This document shows positions 52,694-64,000 of a DNA stretch of 64,000 nt, one piece after another. Within the stretch, counting starts at the first letter, position 1; every line of letters begins with the position of its first letter. The position numbers and the translations under genes were made by a program. The notes under the pieces are model-generated. The model did no database searches, was not told where the DNA came from, and saw only the letters and a list, made by a program, of their open reading frames with translations. This DNA is from Mobula hypostoma (Eukaryota): the NCBI RefSeq assembly GCF_963921235.1, contig NC_086108.1, positions 24,676,001 to 24,740,000 of the forward strand. The letters are read 5' to 3'.

Positions 52694-53653
52694 TATGTGT
52701 CATTAAAATCAGCTCTAAATGTTATAAATCCAAGAAAATGGAGGCTGGCCTGCTCGATTTCTGATTTAATGGGCTCTCTGTCTCGGATTGATCCCTGTGA
52801 TAGAGCGAATGCATTGTAGCCTTAGTCAAAAAGGCTGAAATTGTACAATACTCAGCGTGTTATCACCAAGACCTTAAATAATTGTAGTAAAAAATTCCTA
52901 TTTTCGTACTCAAATCTCCTTATAATAGAGGCCGATTTATCACTCACATTGCTAATTTTCTGCTGCACAATATGTGGAATAAGTAGATTTATGTCTCTTG
53001 CAATATGATAGAGATCACATTGGGTAGAAATCATTGTCAAACTTTATAAAATAACCAAAAGACAAATAAGCACTGGAATCCATGCTGCGTTGTAGGCTGG
53101 CACCTGTAGGTGGCTCTCCTGTCAGTGCTGTTCTCTATTTCTCGCTGCCTGGAAGACAAGCTGGATTGTCTTAATCTACAGCTATCCCAGCACAAGATGA
53201 GGAACTGCTGCGTATTTGTTCTGGTAGAAACATGGCTCCAGGATAACCTCCCATGCACCATCAATCTTCAGGCCATGCCACTCAGGGAATTGGGCTAAAA
53301 TTATTTTTGGGCCTGTATGTGTCATCATAACTATATTTGCTGTGTGATGTGTGTGACTGTATGTACTGTGTTATACCTTGCTCCTGGAGGATCAGTTTCA
53401 TTTAGCTGCATACGTGTGTATGGTTGAGTGACAATTAAACTTTAGTTTGAAATGAATGACTCTTTTAATGACAACTGAAGTAACAATTTAATCACTGCAA
53501 GGTTTCCCATTTCATTACACGTACTTGATCTCTCTTTAGTCATTCCATTTCAAGTTGAAGGTATCAGGAATGCCCAAGCTTGCATAAGCTACTTTCGATC
53601 AGATTTAGGCAAAGATTAAATGATTTAATCTGGAAAACTATCTCTCTTGCTTA

Positions 53654-53896
<243 letters not shown>

Positions 53897-54444
53897 TTAA
53901 TCCATTTTAATCTTATTTAAATACACCATCTACAATATTCATTATTGCTGTGCAATCGTATAGCAACTAATTGATTGAACTGTCAAAACTCTCAATATTA
54001 GAAATTCTCAGCTAAGGAATTTGATTTCAAATCATTAAATAAATCTTGGTTTAACTCTTTTTGAGGAAGTTGTCTCAGTGAGCAATTAAATTAGTGGAGT
54101 GTTATAAAAACTCATTTGGTTCAGTAATGTCCCTCAGAGAAGGGACTCTATTGTCTTTACCTGGCCTGCAATTGCTCTGCAACTATCTCTTCAGTTTAGG
54201 GACAGAAATATTGGACAATAAACGTGGCACTGTTATCAATGACCATATCGTGCAAACAAGTTTTTTTTTAAAAAATGTGCTTCCAGATAAGGGATGCCAT
54301 TTTCATGTTTCTTTTCCAATGCACAGGGCTGCCTTCTGTTATCTTGCACTTTATGGTCTATAAAGGATGATTTGTGAACTAAAGACACGACTAGCCGTTT
54401 CTTGGACAATGATAATATATTATTTCCTAATTATGTACCAACAC

Positions 54445-54905
54445 CTTTGAGAAGAAAATCCTACAAAAGGTAGTGGATTCGGCCCAGTACATCACAGGAA
54501 AAACCCTTCCAATCATTGAGCAGAGCTACAATGAAACATTGCTGTAGAAAATCAGCATCAATCACCAAAGATCCCCACTACCCAGGCCATGCTCTTTTCT
54601 TGCTGCTGCTCAGGTGGAAGGTACAGGTACCTTAGGACTTGCACAGGGTTCATGAATAGTTACTACCCCTCAATCATCAGGCTCTTTAACAAAAGGGGAA
54701 GCTACACTCATTTGAGGACTCTGTTATATTATTATTTCATGCTCATTATTTATTACCATTTATTTATATCTTCATTTGCACAGTTAACAGTTCCTGTTGT
54801 TTGCAGCTTACAGTTACTGCTCTATAGATTTGCTAAGTATATCCGCAGAAAAGAATCTTAGGATTGTATGTACTCGGATAATATATTTTACTTTGAACTT
54901 TGAAC
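54445..54905 (+). mobile_element. Rex1/L2-like LINE 3' end
   Basis: aaagatccccactacccaggccatgctcttttct..ggaaggtacagg..aatagttactacccc; tail tttactttgaactttgaac. Confidence 0.78.
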
Positions 54906-54949
54906 TTTTCTTCAATTCGGCAAGTTGCTTTAAAGAGAATAACAAAGGT

Positions 54950-55165
54950 GTTATAGGATCAAAAATAGGAACATACTGGAAACACTCAATAGAACAGGCA
55001 AAATCTGTGGAAAGAAGCAGTATTAATGTTTCAGATTGGGGACCATTGGTTGGAATTCAAATTCTTTGATTTAAAATACTAGCTATGTTTTTCTATATAT
55101 ACTGCCTGACCTGCTGAGTGTTTCCACCATGCTCTATTTTTATTTCAGACTTACAGCATCTGCAG
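54950..55165 (+). repeat. Degenerate Penelope-derived hairpin
   Basis: ctggaaacactcaatagaacaggca ... ctgcctgacctgctgagtgtttccacc followed by cagcatctgcag. Confidence 0.55.
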
Positions 55166-55720
55166 GCTTTACTGACTTTCATTTCATCACACATCACGGA
55201 TAAAAAAGCCCCTTTGGCCCATCCAGTTTGTCAGTCATCCGGCACCCTGTTGATTCTCCTCTTATGCCCATCAACTCAACCAGATTCCACCACTCTTACT
55301 AAACACTCTTGAGGCAAACAATTCCCCTAACGCCAGCACGGCTTTGGAACATGGGAAGGAAGTAGAACAGGGTTCCCCAACCTTTTTTGCACCGCAGACC
55401 GGTTTAATATTGACAATATTCTTGCGGACCGGCTGGGGGGAGGGTGGGGGGGGGGGTGTAGGGTTGCCCACAGACAAGAGTAGCAGTCAAATATGGGACA
55501 CTTGTGTTTACCCCAAGAAAGACTACCATGACCGTGAAGCCTTGCACGGGCATCTGTGTGCGCATGCGTGCACATGCCGAATTTTTCTACAAATCATTTT
55601 TGGCGATTCTGTTCAGTGCAACTACACTGTATGTACATTATTTCTACTTTATATAGGCTGTGTATTTATCATGTCATTCCTGCTTTTACTAGTGTTATTT
55701 TAGGTTTTATGTGTTATTTG

Positions 55721-56030
55721 TGGGCATGTGGCCAGGTGGTTAAGGCATTGGACTAGCGACCTGAAGGTCGTGAGTTTGAGCCCCAGCCGAGGCAACGTGT
55801 TGTGTCCTTGAGAAAGCACTTAATCACACATTGCTCTGCGACGACACTGGTGTCAAGCTGTATAGGTCCTAATGCCCTTCCCTTGGACAACATTGGTGTC
55901 GTGGAGAGGGGAGACTTGCAGCATGGGCAACTGCTGGTCTTCCATACAACCTTGCCCAGGCCTGCGCCCTGGAGAGTGAAGACTTTCCAGGTGCAGATCC
56001 ATGGTCTCGCAGGACTAATGGATGCCTTTA
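55721..56030 (+). mobile_element. tRNA-derived SINE with 12-bp TSD, nested in a Tigger-like fragment within hAT copy 2
   Basis: Head gtggccaggtggttaaggc..gaaggtcgtgagtttgagcccc. Exact TSD atgtgttatttg at 55709-55720 and 56031-56042. Confidence 0.9.
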
Positions 56031-56303
56031 ATGTGTTATTTGGTATGATTTGCTAGGTTATTTTTTGGATCTGGGAACGCTCAACATTTTTTCCCATATA
56101 AATTAATGGTAATTGCTTCTTCATTTTACGCCATTTTGGCATGCAGGGTTTCATAGGAACGCTCTACCTTAGCGGGGGAAATACGGGACAAGGGCAGTCC
56201 CATATGGGACAAACCAATTTAGCCCAATATACGGGATGTCTGGGCTAATACGGGACAGTTGGCAACCCTGGGTGGCGGGGGGTTAATCACGACCAGAATA
56301 TAA

Positions 56304-56778
56304 AAACATAGAAACATAGAAAATAGGTGCAGGAGTAGGCCATTCGGCCCTTCGAGCCTGCACCACCATTTATTATGATCATGGCTGATTATCCAACTCA
56401 GAACCCCGCCCCAGCCTTCCCTCCATACCCCCTGACCCCCGTAGCCACAAGGGCCATATCTAACTCCCTCTTAAATATAGCCAATGAACTGGCCTCAACT
56501 GTTCCCTGTGGCAGAGAATTCCACAGATTCACCACTCTCTGTGTGAAGAAGTTTTTCCTAATTTCGGTCCTAAAAGGCTTCCCCTCTGTCCTCAAACTGT
56601 GACCCTTCATTCTGGACTTCCCCAACATCGGGAACAATCTTCCTGCATCTAGCCTGTCCAATCCCTTTAGGATCTTATACGTTTCAATCAGATCCCCCCT
56701 CAATCTTCTAAATTCCAACGAGTACAAGCCCAGTTCATCCAGTCTTTCTTCATATGAAAATCCTGCCATCCCAGGAAT
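56304..56778 (-). mobile_element. Young CR1 3' fragment nested in hAT copy 2
   Basis: ORF 56398-56769 is almost identical to the C-terminus of ORF 37493-38503 and has the same (tttctatg)n tail. Confidence 0.93.
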
Positions 56779-58010
56779 AGGTGATAAGTCAACTACAAGT
56801 CACCTATAAGTGGCTAATACACTCAATTGTGTTTCTAAAAGGGATTATCTAATGAATTTAATATTAAACACACAGCACATATTTTCCTCGCATGAATATA
56901 ATGGTAAGTCAATTATAAGTCACTTATAAGTCAATAGCATCATAACATTTTAATTAACGTTTGGATATTAAGCACACAGCACATATTTTCCTCGTATGAA
57001 CATATAAAATCATTGCAACACACTAATATCGCTGAATCAGTGGGAGCCCTGGGCTTGTTTCCCTGCAACAAGATGATCCCATTGAGGGGTGATGGGAGAC
57101 AGCGATACTCGAAGGGAGTTCCTTATGTCCAGTCTATTCCACAATTTTTTTTTCGTTGCATTCATTGCAGTGAACCCGTTTCGCAGAGATATGTTGGAAA
57201 TGGAAACAATGTTTTCAGTGCTTTTGTGGCTATCTCAGGATATTTAGCCTTGACTTTGATCCAGAATGCCGGCAGAGATGTTATGTCAAACATACTTTTC
57301 AGCCCGTCGTCATTTGCAAGCTCGAGGAGTTGATCTTCTTCCCGCGCTGACATGGATGATGCGTGCATAATCATCTCACGTGCATACAAGTTCAACAGTG
57401 GGCATGGCAGGGAATGAGGAAAGGTGCAGCTGACTCATATCGCCAAATCATGTCGTTTCCTTGCGGCCCAGTAGCACATGCTTTGCGGCCCGGTGGTTGG
57501 GGACCGCTGAGTAGAACACCTTTGACAACCTATGCAGCCACAGAGAAATCATGCACATTGAAAGATTGATTGTGGAGTGTGAGTAGTTTCAGTTTTTGAA
57601 ATATAACTTGCTCTTTGTAGATTCAGTCAGAGGGATGAGTGTAGAGTCATTTAACAATTCTCCATGTCAAGTTAATAAAATCTTAAGCTTGATAAATAGG
57701 GAGTTGATTTACATTCTAAGTATTTTGAAACAGTGACAGACTAGGCTATTGTTTGAACAATCCTGTCATTTTGCTTATAATTTATTTTATGGATTGACCT
57801 GATTACTACCTCAGCATTCCATAAAATTTTGGTTGTTTTATTTATATAAAAGGGCAATGCTGATAAATATAAAAAGGTTGATAAACAGGTAAAAATTCTT
57901 CCAAAATCCAGAGGACTCTTATTAGTTATCTACCATGGAAGACACCTTCAAAAGGTGGTGCATCAAGAAGGCAGCATACATCATTAAGGATCCTCACCAC
58001 CCAGGATATA

Positions 58011-59511
58011 CAGGTATCCCCCGCCATCTGAAGGTAGAGCGTTCCTATGAAAGGGTTCGTAAGCCGAAATGTTGTAAAGCGAAGAAGCAATTACCATTTA
58101 TTTATATGGGAACATTTTGGGAGTGTTCGCAGACCCAAAAATAACCTACCAAATCATGCCAAATAACACATAAAATCTAAAATAACAGTAACATATAGTA
58201 AAAGCAGGAATGATATGATAAATACCCAGCCTATATAAAGTAGAAATACTTTTCCACAATCATTGCCGGCACTGTTCTCCGAAGTGAAAATCTCACGCAA
58301 GTGCTCTCGGCAGAAAATTTCACGCAAGCGCTGTTGGCAAAAACACTCTCTCCAGTAACCTTTAAGCTATGAAGCTGCCAAATCATACCAAATAACACGT
58401 AAAAATACACAGCCTATATAAAGTAGAAACAATGTACGTACAGTGTAGTATCACTTACTGGAATTGGGAAGACAGCGCAGAGCACACTGATGATAGTGTG
58501 TTAGATTGAGTCATCGCAGGCTGGGGTGTTGCAGTGGCCCCCACCCTCCAGGCTGCTGACCGATACATTGCCGCGAAGCACGCAGGGGTCCAGCGGTAGC
58601 CGGGAGGCGCACAGCACATCTTTAAGAAACCCGACACGTAATTGTCGGCCCAGATCAGTGCCAATTGCTGATTGCATCGCCTCTGAACTGGGCCGACATT
58701 TACGTGTCGGGCGGCACCTAATTAATTAGAATGTTTATTTCGGCTTTTTTCTTAAAGATGTGTGGTGTGCCTCCCGGCTACCGCTGCATTCTCCGCGAAT
58801 CGGTATCTGTCCGTGGCCCGGGGGTTAGGGTGGTAGGACACTGGGGTGTCATCTCATCGTCGTCTGTTTCCATTAGAGCAGGCGGCTCATCTTCTCCTAT
58901 GACTGCCCGCCTTGATGTCGAAGGTCGAGGTTCATCGTCTGCTGTGGCTGATGTGGAAGGCTTGCTTGACTGCTGAGCCTCGCGCATTTTTCTATCATAC
59001 AGTTCTTTGTAAGCACTCAAACCATCCTGCAAATATCCCCTAAACCGACATACCCTTTCAATATTAAAGTTGTACTTTATCATTACTCATTCAGTTTCGA
59101 TTGTTATCCTTCCCTCTTCCAATTGCATCAGCTCTTCATCTATCAGTTCTTGGTCATGGGATGCCAAAACCGCTTCAACTTCATCTTCGTCAGCTTCCAC
59201 AAGCCAAACTCACATTGTCCTTACTTCGTTCACCACGATCAAAACGCTTAATTATGTCTAGTTTTACACTAAGTGTAACACCCTTACGAGCTTTTTCAGG
59301 CTTTTCCAATACCTCAGAACTCATCTTACAAACGGCTGCTCACAAGCACGTGTTAAAGCAATGCCGTTCCGAATCCGGGGGAGAGCGCCTGCTCGGGGCA
59401 CGTGCTGATTTTTTATCGCGCGCTGATTTTTTTCGTAACAGGGTACTAATGTAGGTCTTTCGTAACAGTGAGGTTTCGTAAAGCGAACGTTCAAAAAGCG
59501 GGGGACACCTG
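58011..59511 (-). mobile_element. Tigger/pogo-like (Tc1/mariner superfamily) non-autonomous element
   Basis: TIRs caggtatcccccgc / gcgggggacacctg with TA on both flanks. An acidic remnant EADEDEVEAVLASHDQELIDEELMQLE (~59120-59200) and ORF 58778-59083 resemble pogo C-termini. It is inserted in a LINE 3' fragment (57925-58010, resuming ~61635). Confidence 0.85.
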
Positions 59512-59519
59512 TACGCTCT

Positions 59520-61633
59520 TATAGAAACCATAGAAAGCATAGAAAAACTTCAGCACAGAAACAGACCTTTTGGCCCTTCTTTGCTGTGCCGAACCATTTT
59601 CTGCCCAGTCCCACTGACCTGCACACGGACCATATCCCTCCATACACCTCCCATCCATGTATTTGTCCAATTTATTCTTAAATGTTAAAAAAGAACCCGT
59701 ATTTACCCCCTGGTCTGGCAACTCATTCCATACTCCCTCCACTCTCTGCGTGAAGAAGCCCCCTGCTAATGTTCCCTTTAAACTTTTCCCCCTTCACCCT
59801 TAACCCGTGTCCTCTGGTTTCTTTCTCCCCTTGCCTCAGTGGAAAAAGCCTGCTTGCATTCACTCTATCTATATCCAACATAATTTTTTATACCTCTATC
59901 AAATCTCCCCTCATTCTTCTACGCTCCAGGGAATAAAGTCCTAAACTACTTAACCTTTCTCTGTAACTGAGTTTTTCAAGTTCTGGCAAAATCCTTGTAA
60001 ACCTTCTCTGCACTCTTTCAACCTTATTAATATCTTTCCTATAATTTGGTGACCAAAACTGAACACAATACTCCAGATTCGGCCTCACCAATGCCTTATA
60101 CAACCTCATCATAACATTCCAGCTCTTATACTCAATACTTTGGTTAATAAAGGCCAATGTACCAAAAGCTCTCTTTACGACCCTATCTACCTGTGACGCC
60201 ACTTTTAGGGAATTTTGTATCTGTATTCCCAGATCCCTCTGTTCTACTGCACTTCTCAGTGCCTTACCATTAACCCTGTATGTTCTACCTTGGTTTGTCC
60301 TTCCAATGTGCAATACCTCACACTTGTCTGTATTAAACTCCATCTGCCATTTTTCAGCCCATTTTTCCAGCTGGTCCAAGTCCCTCTGCAGGCTCTGAAA
60401 ACCTTCCTCACTTCCAATCTTTGTATCATCAGCAAATTTGCTGATCCAATTTACCACATTATCATCCAGATCATTGATATAGATGACAAATAACAATGGA
60501 CCCAGCACTGATCCCTGTGGCACACCACTAGTCACAGGCCTCCACTCTGAGAAGCAATTCTCTACTACCACTCTTTGGCTTCTTCCATTGAGCCAATGTC
60601 TGACCCAATTTACCACCTCTCCATGTATACCTAGCGACTGAATTTTCCTAACTAACCTCCCATGCGGGACCTTGTGAAAGGCCTTACCAAAGTCCATGTA
60701 GACAACATCCACTGCCTTCCCTTCATCCACTTTCTTGGTAACCTCCTCGAAAAACTCTAATAGATTGGTCAAACATGACCTACCATGCACAAAGCCATGT
60801 TGACTCTCTGTAATAAGTCCTTGTCTATCCAAATGCTTGTAGATTCTGTCTCTTAGTACACCCTCCAATAACTTACCCACTACCGACATCAAACTTACCA
60901 GCCTATAATTTCCCGGATTACTTTTCGATCCTTTTTTAAGCAACGGAACAACATGAGCCATTCTCCAATCCTCCAGCACCTCACCCATAGACACCGACAT
61001 TTTAAATATATCTGCCAGGGCCCCTGCAATTTCAACACTAGTCTCCTTCAAGGTCCGAGGGAACACCCTGTCAGGTCCCGGGGATTTATCCACTTTAATT
61101 TGCCTCAAGACAGCAAGCACCTCCTCCTTTTCAATCTGTACAGTTTCCATGATCTCACTACTTGATTCCCTCAATTCCACAGACTTCATGCCAGTTTCCT
61201 TAGTAAATACAAATGCATAAAACCCATTTATGACCTCCCCCATTTCTTTTGGTTCCGCACACTCTGATCTTCAAGAGGACCAATTTTATCCCTTACAATC
61301 CTTTTACTCTTAATATACCTGTAAAAACTCTTTGGATTATCCTTCACTTTGACTGCCAAAACAACCTCATGTCTTCTTTTAGCCCTCCTGATTTCCTTTT
61401 TCAGTATTTTCTTGCACTTTTTATACTCCTCAAGCACCTTATTTACTCCCTGTTTCCTATACATGTCATACAACTCTCTCTTCTTCTTTATCAGAGTTGC
61501 AATATCCCTTGAGAACCAAGGTTCCTTATTCCTATTCACTTTGCCTTTATCCTGACAGGAACATACAAGCTCTGCACTCTCAAAATTTCTTTTTTGAAGG
61601 CTTCCCACTTACCGATCACATCCTTGCCAGAGA
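59520..61633 (-). pseudogene. CR1 LINE, ORF 59888-61243 (451 aa RT) plus upstream frameshifted part
   Basis: [48 protein letters not shown] (followed by a short in-frame deletion) and LEYCVQFWSP. Premature stop after DLIEV; (catagaaa)n-type tail at ~59520-59545. Confidence 0.93.
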
Positions 61634-61747
61634 ATTACTATTATCGGGGAAAAGGCCTGAAGATGCACACTCACACTTTAGGAATGGCCTCTTCTCTTCC
61701 ACCATCAAATTTCTGAATGGTCTGTGAACCCTACCGCATTATTTTGA

Positions 61748-63015
61748 GTGACACACTCAAAATGCTGGAAGAACTCAGATAGTCATGCACCTCCTATGGA
61801 AGGGGATGAATAAGTGCCATTTCAAGCTGAGATCTTTCATCAGGACTGGAAAGAAAGAGGGCAGAAGCTAGGATAATACATCAAGGAGAAGGGAAGGAGT
61901 ACAGACCTGCACATAATGGGTGATAACAGGTGAGGGGGGAAGGTGATTGGGTTGGAGACAGGGAATGGAGTAAGAATCTGGGAGGAGGTTACATGCCAAT
62001 CATAAGGGCTGAAGGAGGAATTGAATAGGAGAGGACAGTGGACCATGGAATAAAGGGGAGGAGAGGAACTAGAAAGAGGTGATTTTCAGGTGAGGAGAAG
62101 GGGTAAAACGAATAGGAAAACGGAAACCGAGAAGGCTGGGGAGAGAAATCACTGGAAGGTAGAGAATGTTGGAGGCTATCCAGACGGAATACAAGGTGTT
62201 GTTCTAACAACCTGAGTTTGACCTCATCCTGGCATTAGGGAAGGCCATGGACAGACATGTTAGAATGGGAATGGAAAGTTGAAATAAAATGGTAGCAACT
62301 GGGATATCCCGCCTTTAGCAGCAGAGAGAATGAAAGTGCCTGACAAAGGAGTGCCTTATATGCAATGTGTTTACTTGACATACAGGAGTTCCCACCAGAA
62401 GCATCAGCTGCAATAGATGACCCTGACAGGTGAAGTTTTGGCTCACCTAGAAGGATGGTTTGGGGCCCTGAATATGATGGTGAGAGGGCAGGTGTAGCAG
62501 GTTTTTTTGGGGTAAGTGCCATGAGGGAGCTCTGTGGGAAAGGATGAGTGGACAAGGGAGTCAAGGAGAGAACAATCCCTATGGAAAGCAGAGAGAGCAT
62601 GCAGCAAAAAAATGTGTTCAGTGGTTGGATGCCACTGGAGATGGTTTAATTTAAGCAGAATGATATGCTAAATACAAAGGCTCATGGGGTGAAAGGGAAG
62701 GACAAGGATGGATGGAGGGAGGGCAGATGTGTGAAAATGGAGATGTGGATGAAGGCTGCATCCATGGCGGTAGAAGGGAAAACCCATTCTTTCAAAAAGT
62801 GGACATCTCAGATGTTCTATAATGGAAAGTCTCATCACAGGAACAGTTGCAGCATTGTCCGAGGAACTGAGAGATGAGAATAGCAATTATACAAGTGACA
62901 GGGTGAGAAGAGGTATTGTCAAGGTAAGTGTGGGTGTCAGTAGGTTTGTAAAATATATCAGTGGATAGCCTGTCTCCCGAGGTGGAGACAGAGAGATTGA
63001 GAAAAGGGAGAGAAG
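61748..63015 (-). mobile_element. Penelope-like element 3' portion (RT C-terminus, GIY-YIG remnant, terminal repeat)
   Basis: LPFLNLSVSTSGDRLSTDIFYKPTDTHTYLDNTSSHP (ORF 62792-63127) and LEQHLVFRLDSLQ (ORF 61989-62210). The terminal repeat contains ctgatga..gaaa on the minus strand. Confidence 0.85.
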
Positions 63016-63309
63016 TGCTATTTTGCTTTCCTTTTGCACAAATTATTTTTAAATAGTTCTTGTTGTAATTCATAGTGCTTTTTAAATATATTACTTTGCA
63101 CTGGTGCTGCAAAGCAACAAATTTCATAAAGTAGGTCAGTGATAATAAACCTGATTGTGATTCTGTACTGCAGAGAACATAAAAATTAAGTCACAGACAA
63201 AAACATTCAATCCACAGCAATAGTTCTGAACATATCCAGACAGTAGGGTACAACGCTACAGGATCAGAAGTAAGGAGCAGTTTGTGATAAATACCAAGTA
63301 ATATTTATT

Positions 63310-63510
63310 TACAGTGTGGAAAAACTCAGCAGGTCGGGCAGTATCTACGCAAAAAGAAACAGTTTGTGCTTTGGCTTTGTGAAGCTTCTAATGTTCTCAT
63401 GAAGGACCCTTATGAAGAGCGGTTACTGTTTCTCTTTCCACAGAAGGTGCCTCACCTGCTGACTGTTCCCAGCATTTTCTTCTTTTACTTCGGATTTCCA
63501 GCATGTCAGA
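63310..63510 (+). repeat. Degenerate Penelope-derived hairpin
   Basis: ggaaaaactcagcaggtcgggcag ... cacctgctgactgttcccagcatt followed by gatttccagcat. Confidence 0.55.
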
Positions 63511-63511
63511 A

Positions 63512-64000
63512 TTTCAGTTTAGCATTCAACACCATTGCGCACAGATCTTGGTAAACAAACTCATACCCTCTGTCTAAATACATCACTGGGTTCTGGACTT
63601 CCTGACGAACAGACCTCAGATATTCAGGATGCCCAACCATTCCTGCTTCCCTATCATCCAAAACCTGGGTGCCCCTCCAGGGCCTTGTCTGAGCCCATTG
63701 CTGTACAACCGGCTCACACATGACTAAATGGCTAAATGGAGGAATCACATCGTCAAGTTGACTGATGACATGATAGTGGCGGAACTCATCACCAACAAAG
63801 ATGAGACTGTTTATAGAGAGGAGATGGAAGCGCTCGAGCCTGGTGGCAGATAAATAACCTCCTTCTTAATGTTAACAAAACAAAGAAGTTGGTTATCAAC
63901 TTCTGGAGAACTCACACTACTCAGATCCCACTTTATGTCAGCAGCACAGCATTGGAAACTGCAAGCAATTTCAAACTTGGGAGTGCACATCACACACAAC
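63512..64000 (+). mobile_element. Degenerate Rex1-like RT fragment running off the window
   Basis: FSLAFNTI, (W)VLDFLTNRPQ, GCP..LSPLLY-like, VKLTDD and KTKKLV-like motifs with frameshifts. Confidence 0.75.

Larger units (their letters stand above)
55368..57509 (-). mobile_element. Non-autonomous hAT-Charlie element, copy 2, with multiple nested insertions
   Basis: TIRs cagggttccccaacc / ggttggggaccgctg; flanks aagtagaa / agtagaac (7 bp shared). ORF 57162-57395 EEDQLLELANDDGLKSMFDITSLPAFWIKVKAKYPEIATKALKTLFPFPTYLCETG. Confidence 0.9.

Overview
Eukaryotic, repeat-dense genomic DNA. The repeat make-up (abundant CR1, Rex1-like LINEs, Penelope-like hairpins, tRNA-SINEs) suggests a cartilaginous fish, probably a ray; this is an inference, not a database result. 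The only host coding sequence I can support is one 138-nt minus-strand internal exon (53655-53792, AG/GT flanked). Its translation [45 protein letters not shown] matches my recollection of astrotactin-1 (ASTN1). The rest appears intronic (>53 kb on one side, >10 kb on the other) and is filled with often nested mobile elements: an L1 fragment with an apparently open ORF2, many CR1 and Rex1-like LINEs, an internally deleted Gypsy element with ~130-bp LTRs, two solo LTRs, Penelope-like fragments and short hairpins with hammerhead-like cores, tRNA-SINEs with clean TSDs, two composite hAT-Charlie elements, a Tigger/pogo element and a Tc1 remnant. The most interesting observations are concentric inverted repeat pairs around the frame-symmetric ASTN1 exon, the self-contained Penelope-derived hairpin units, and the cargo-carrying Charlie3-like hAT family. 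I see no evidence of a prokaryotic system. Boundaries of degenerate repeats are approximate.
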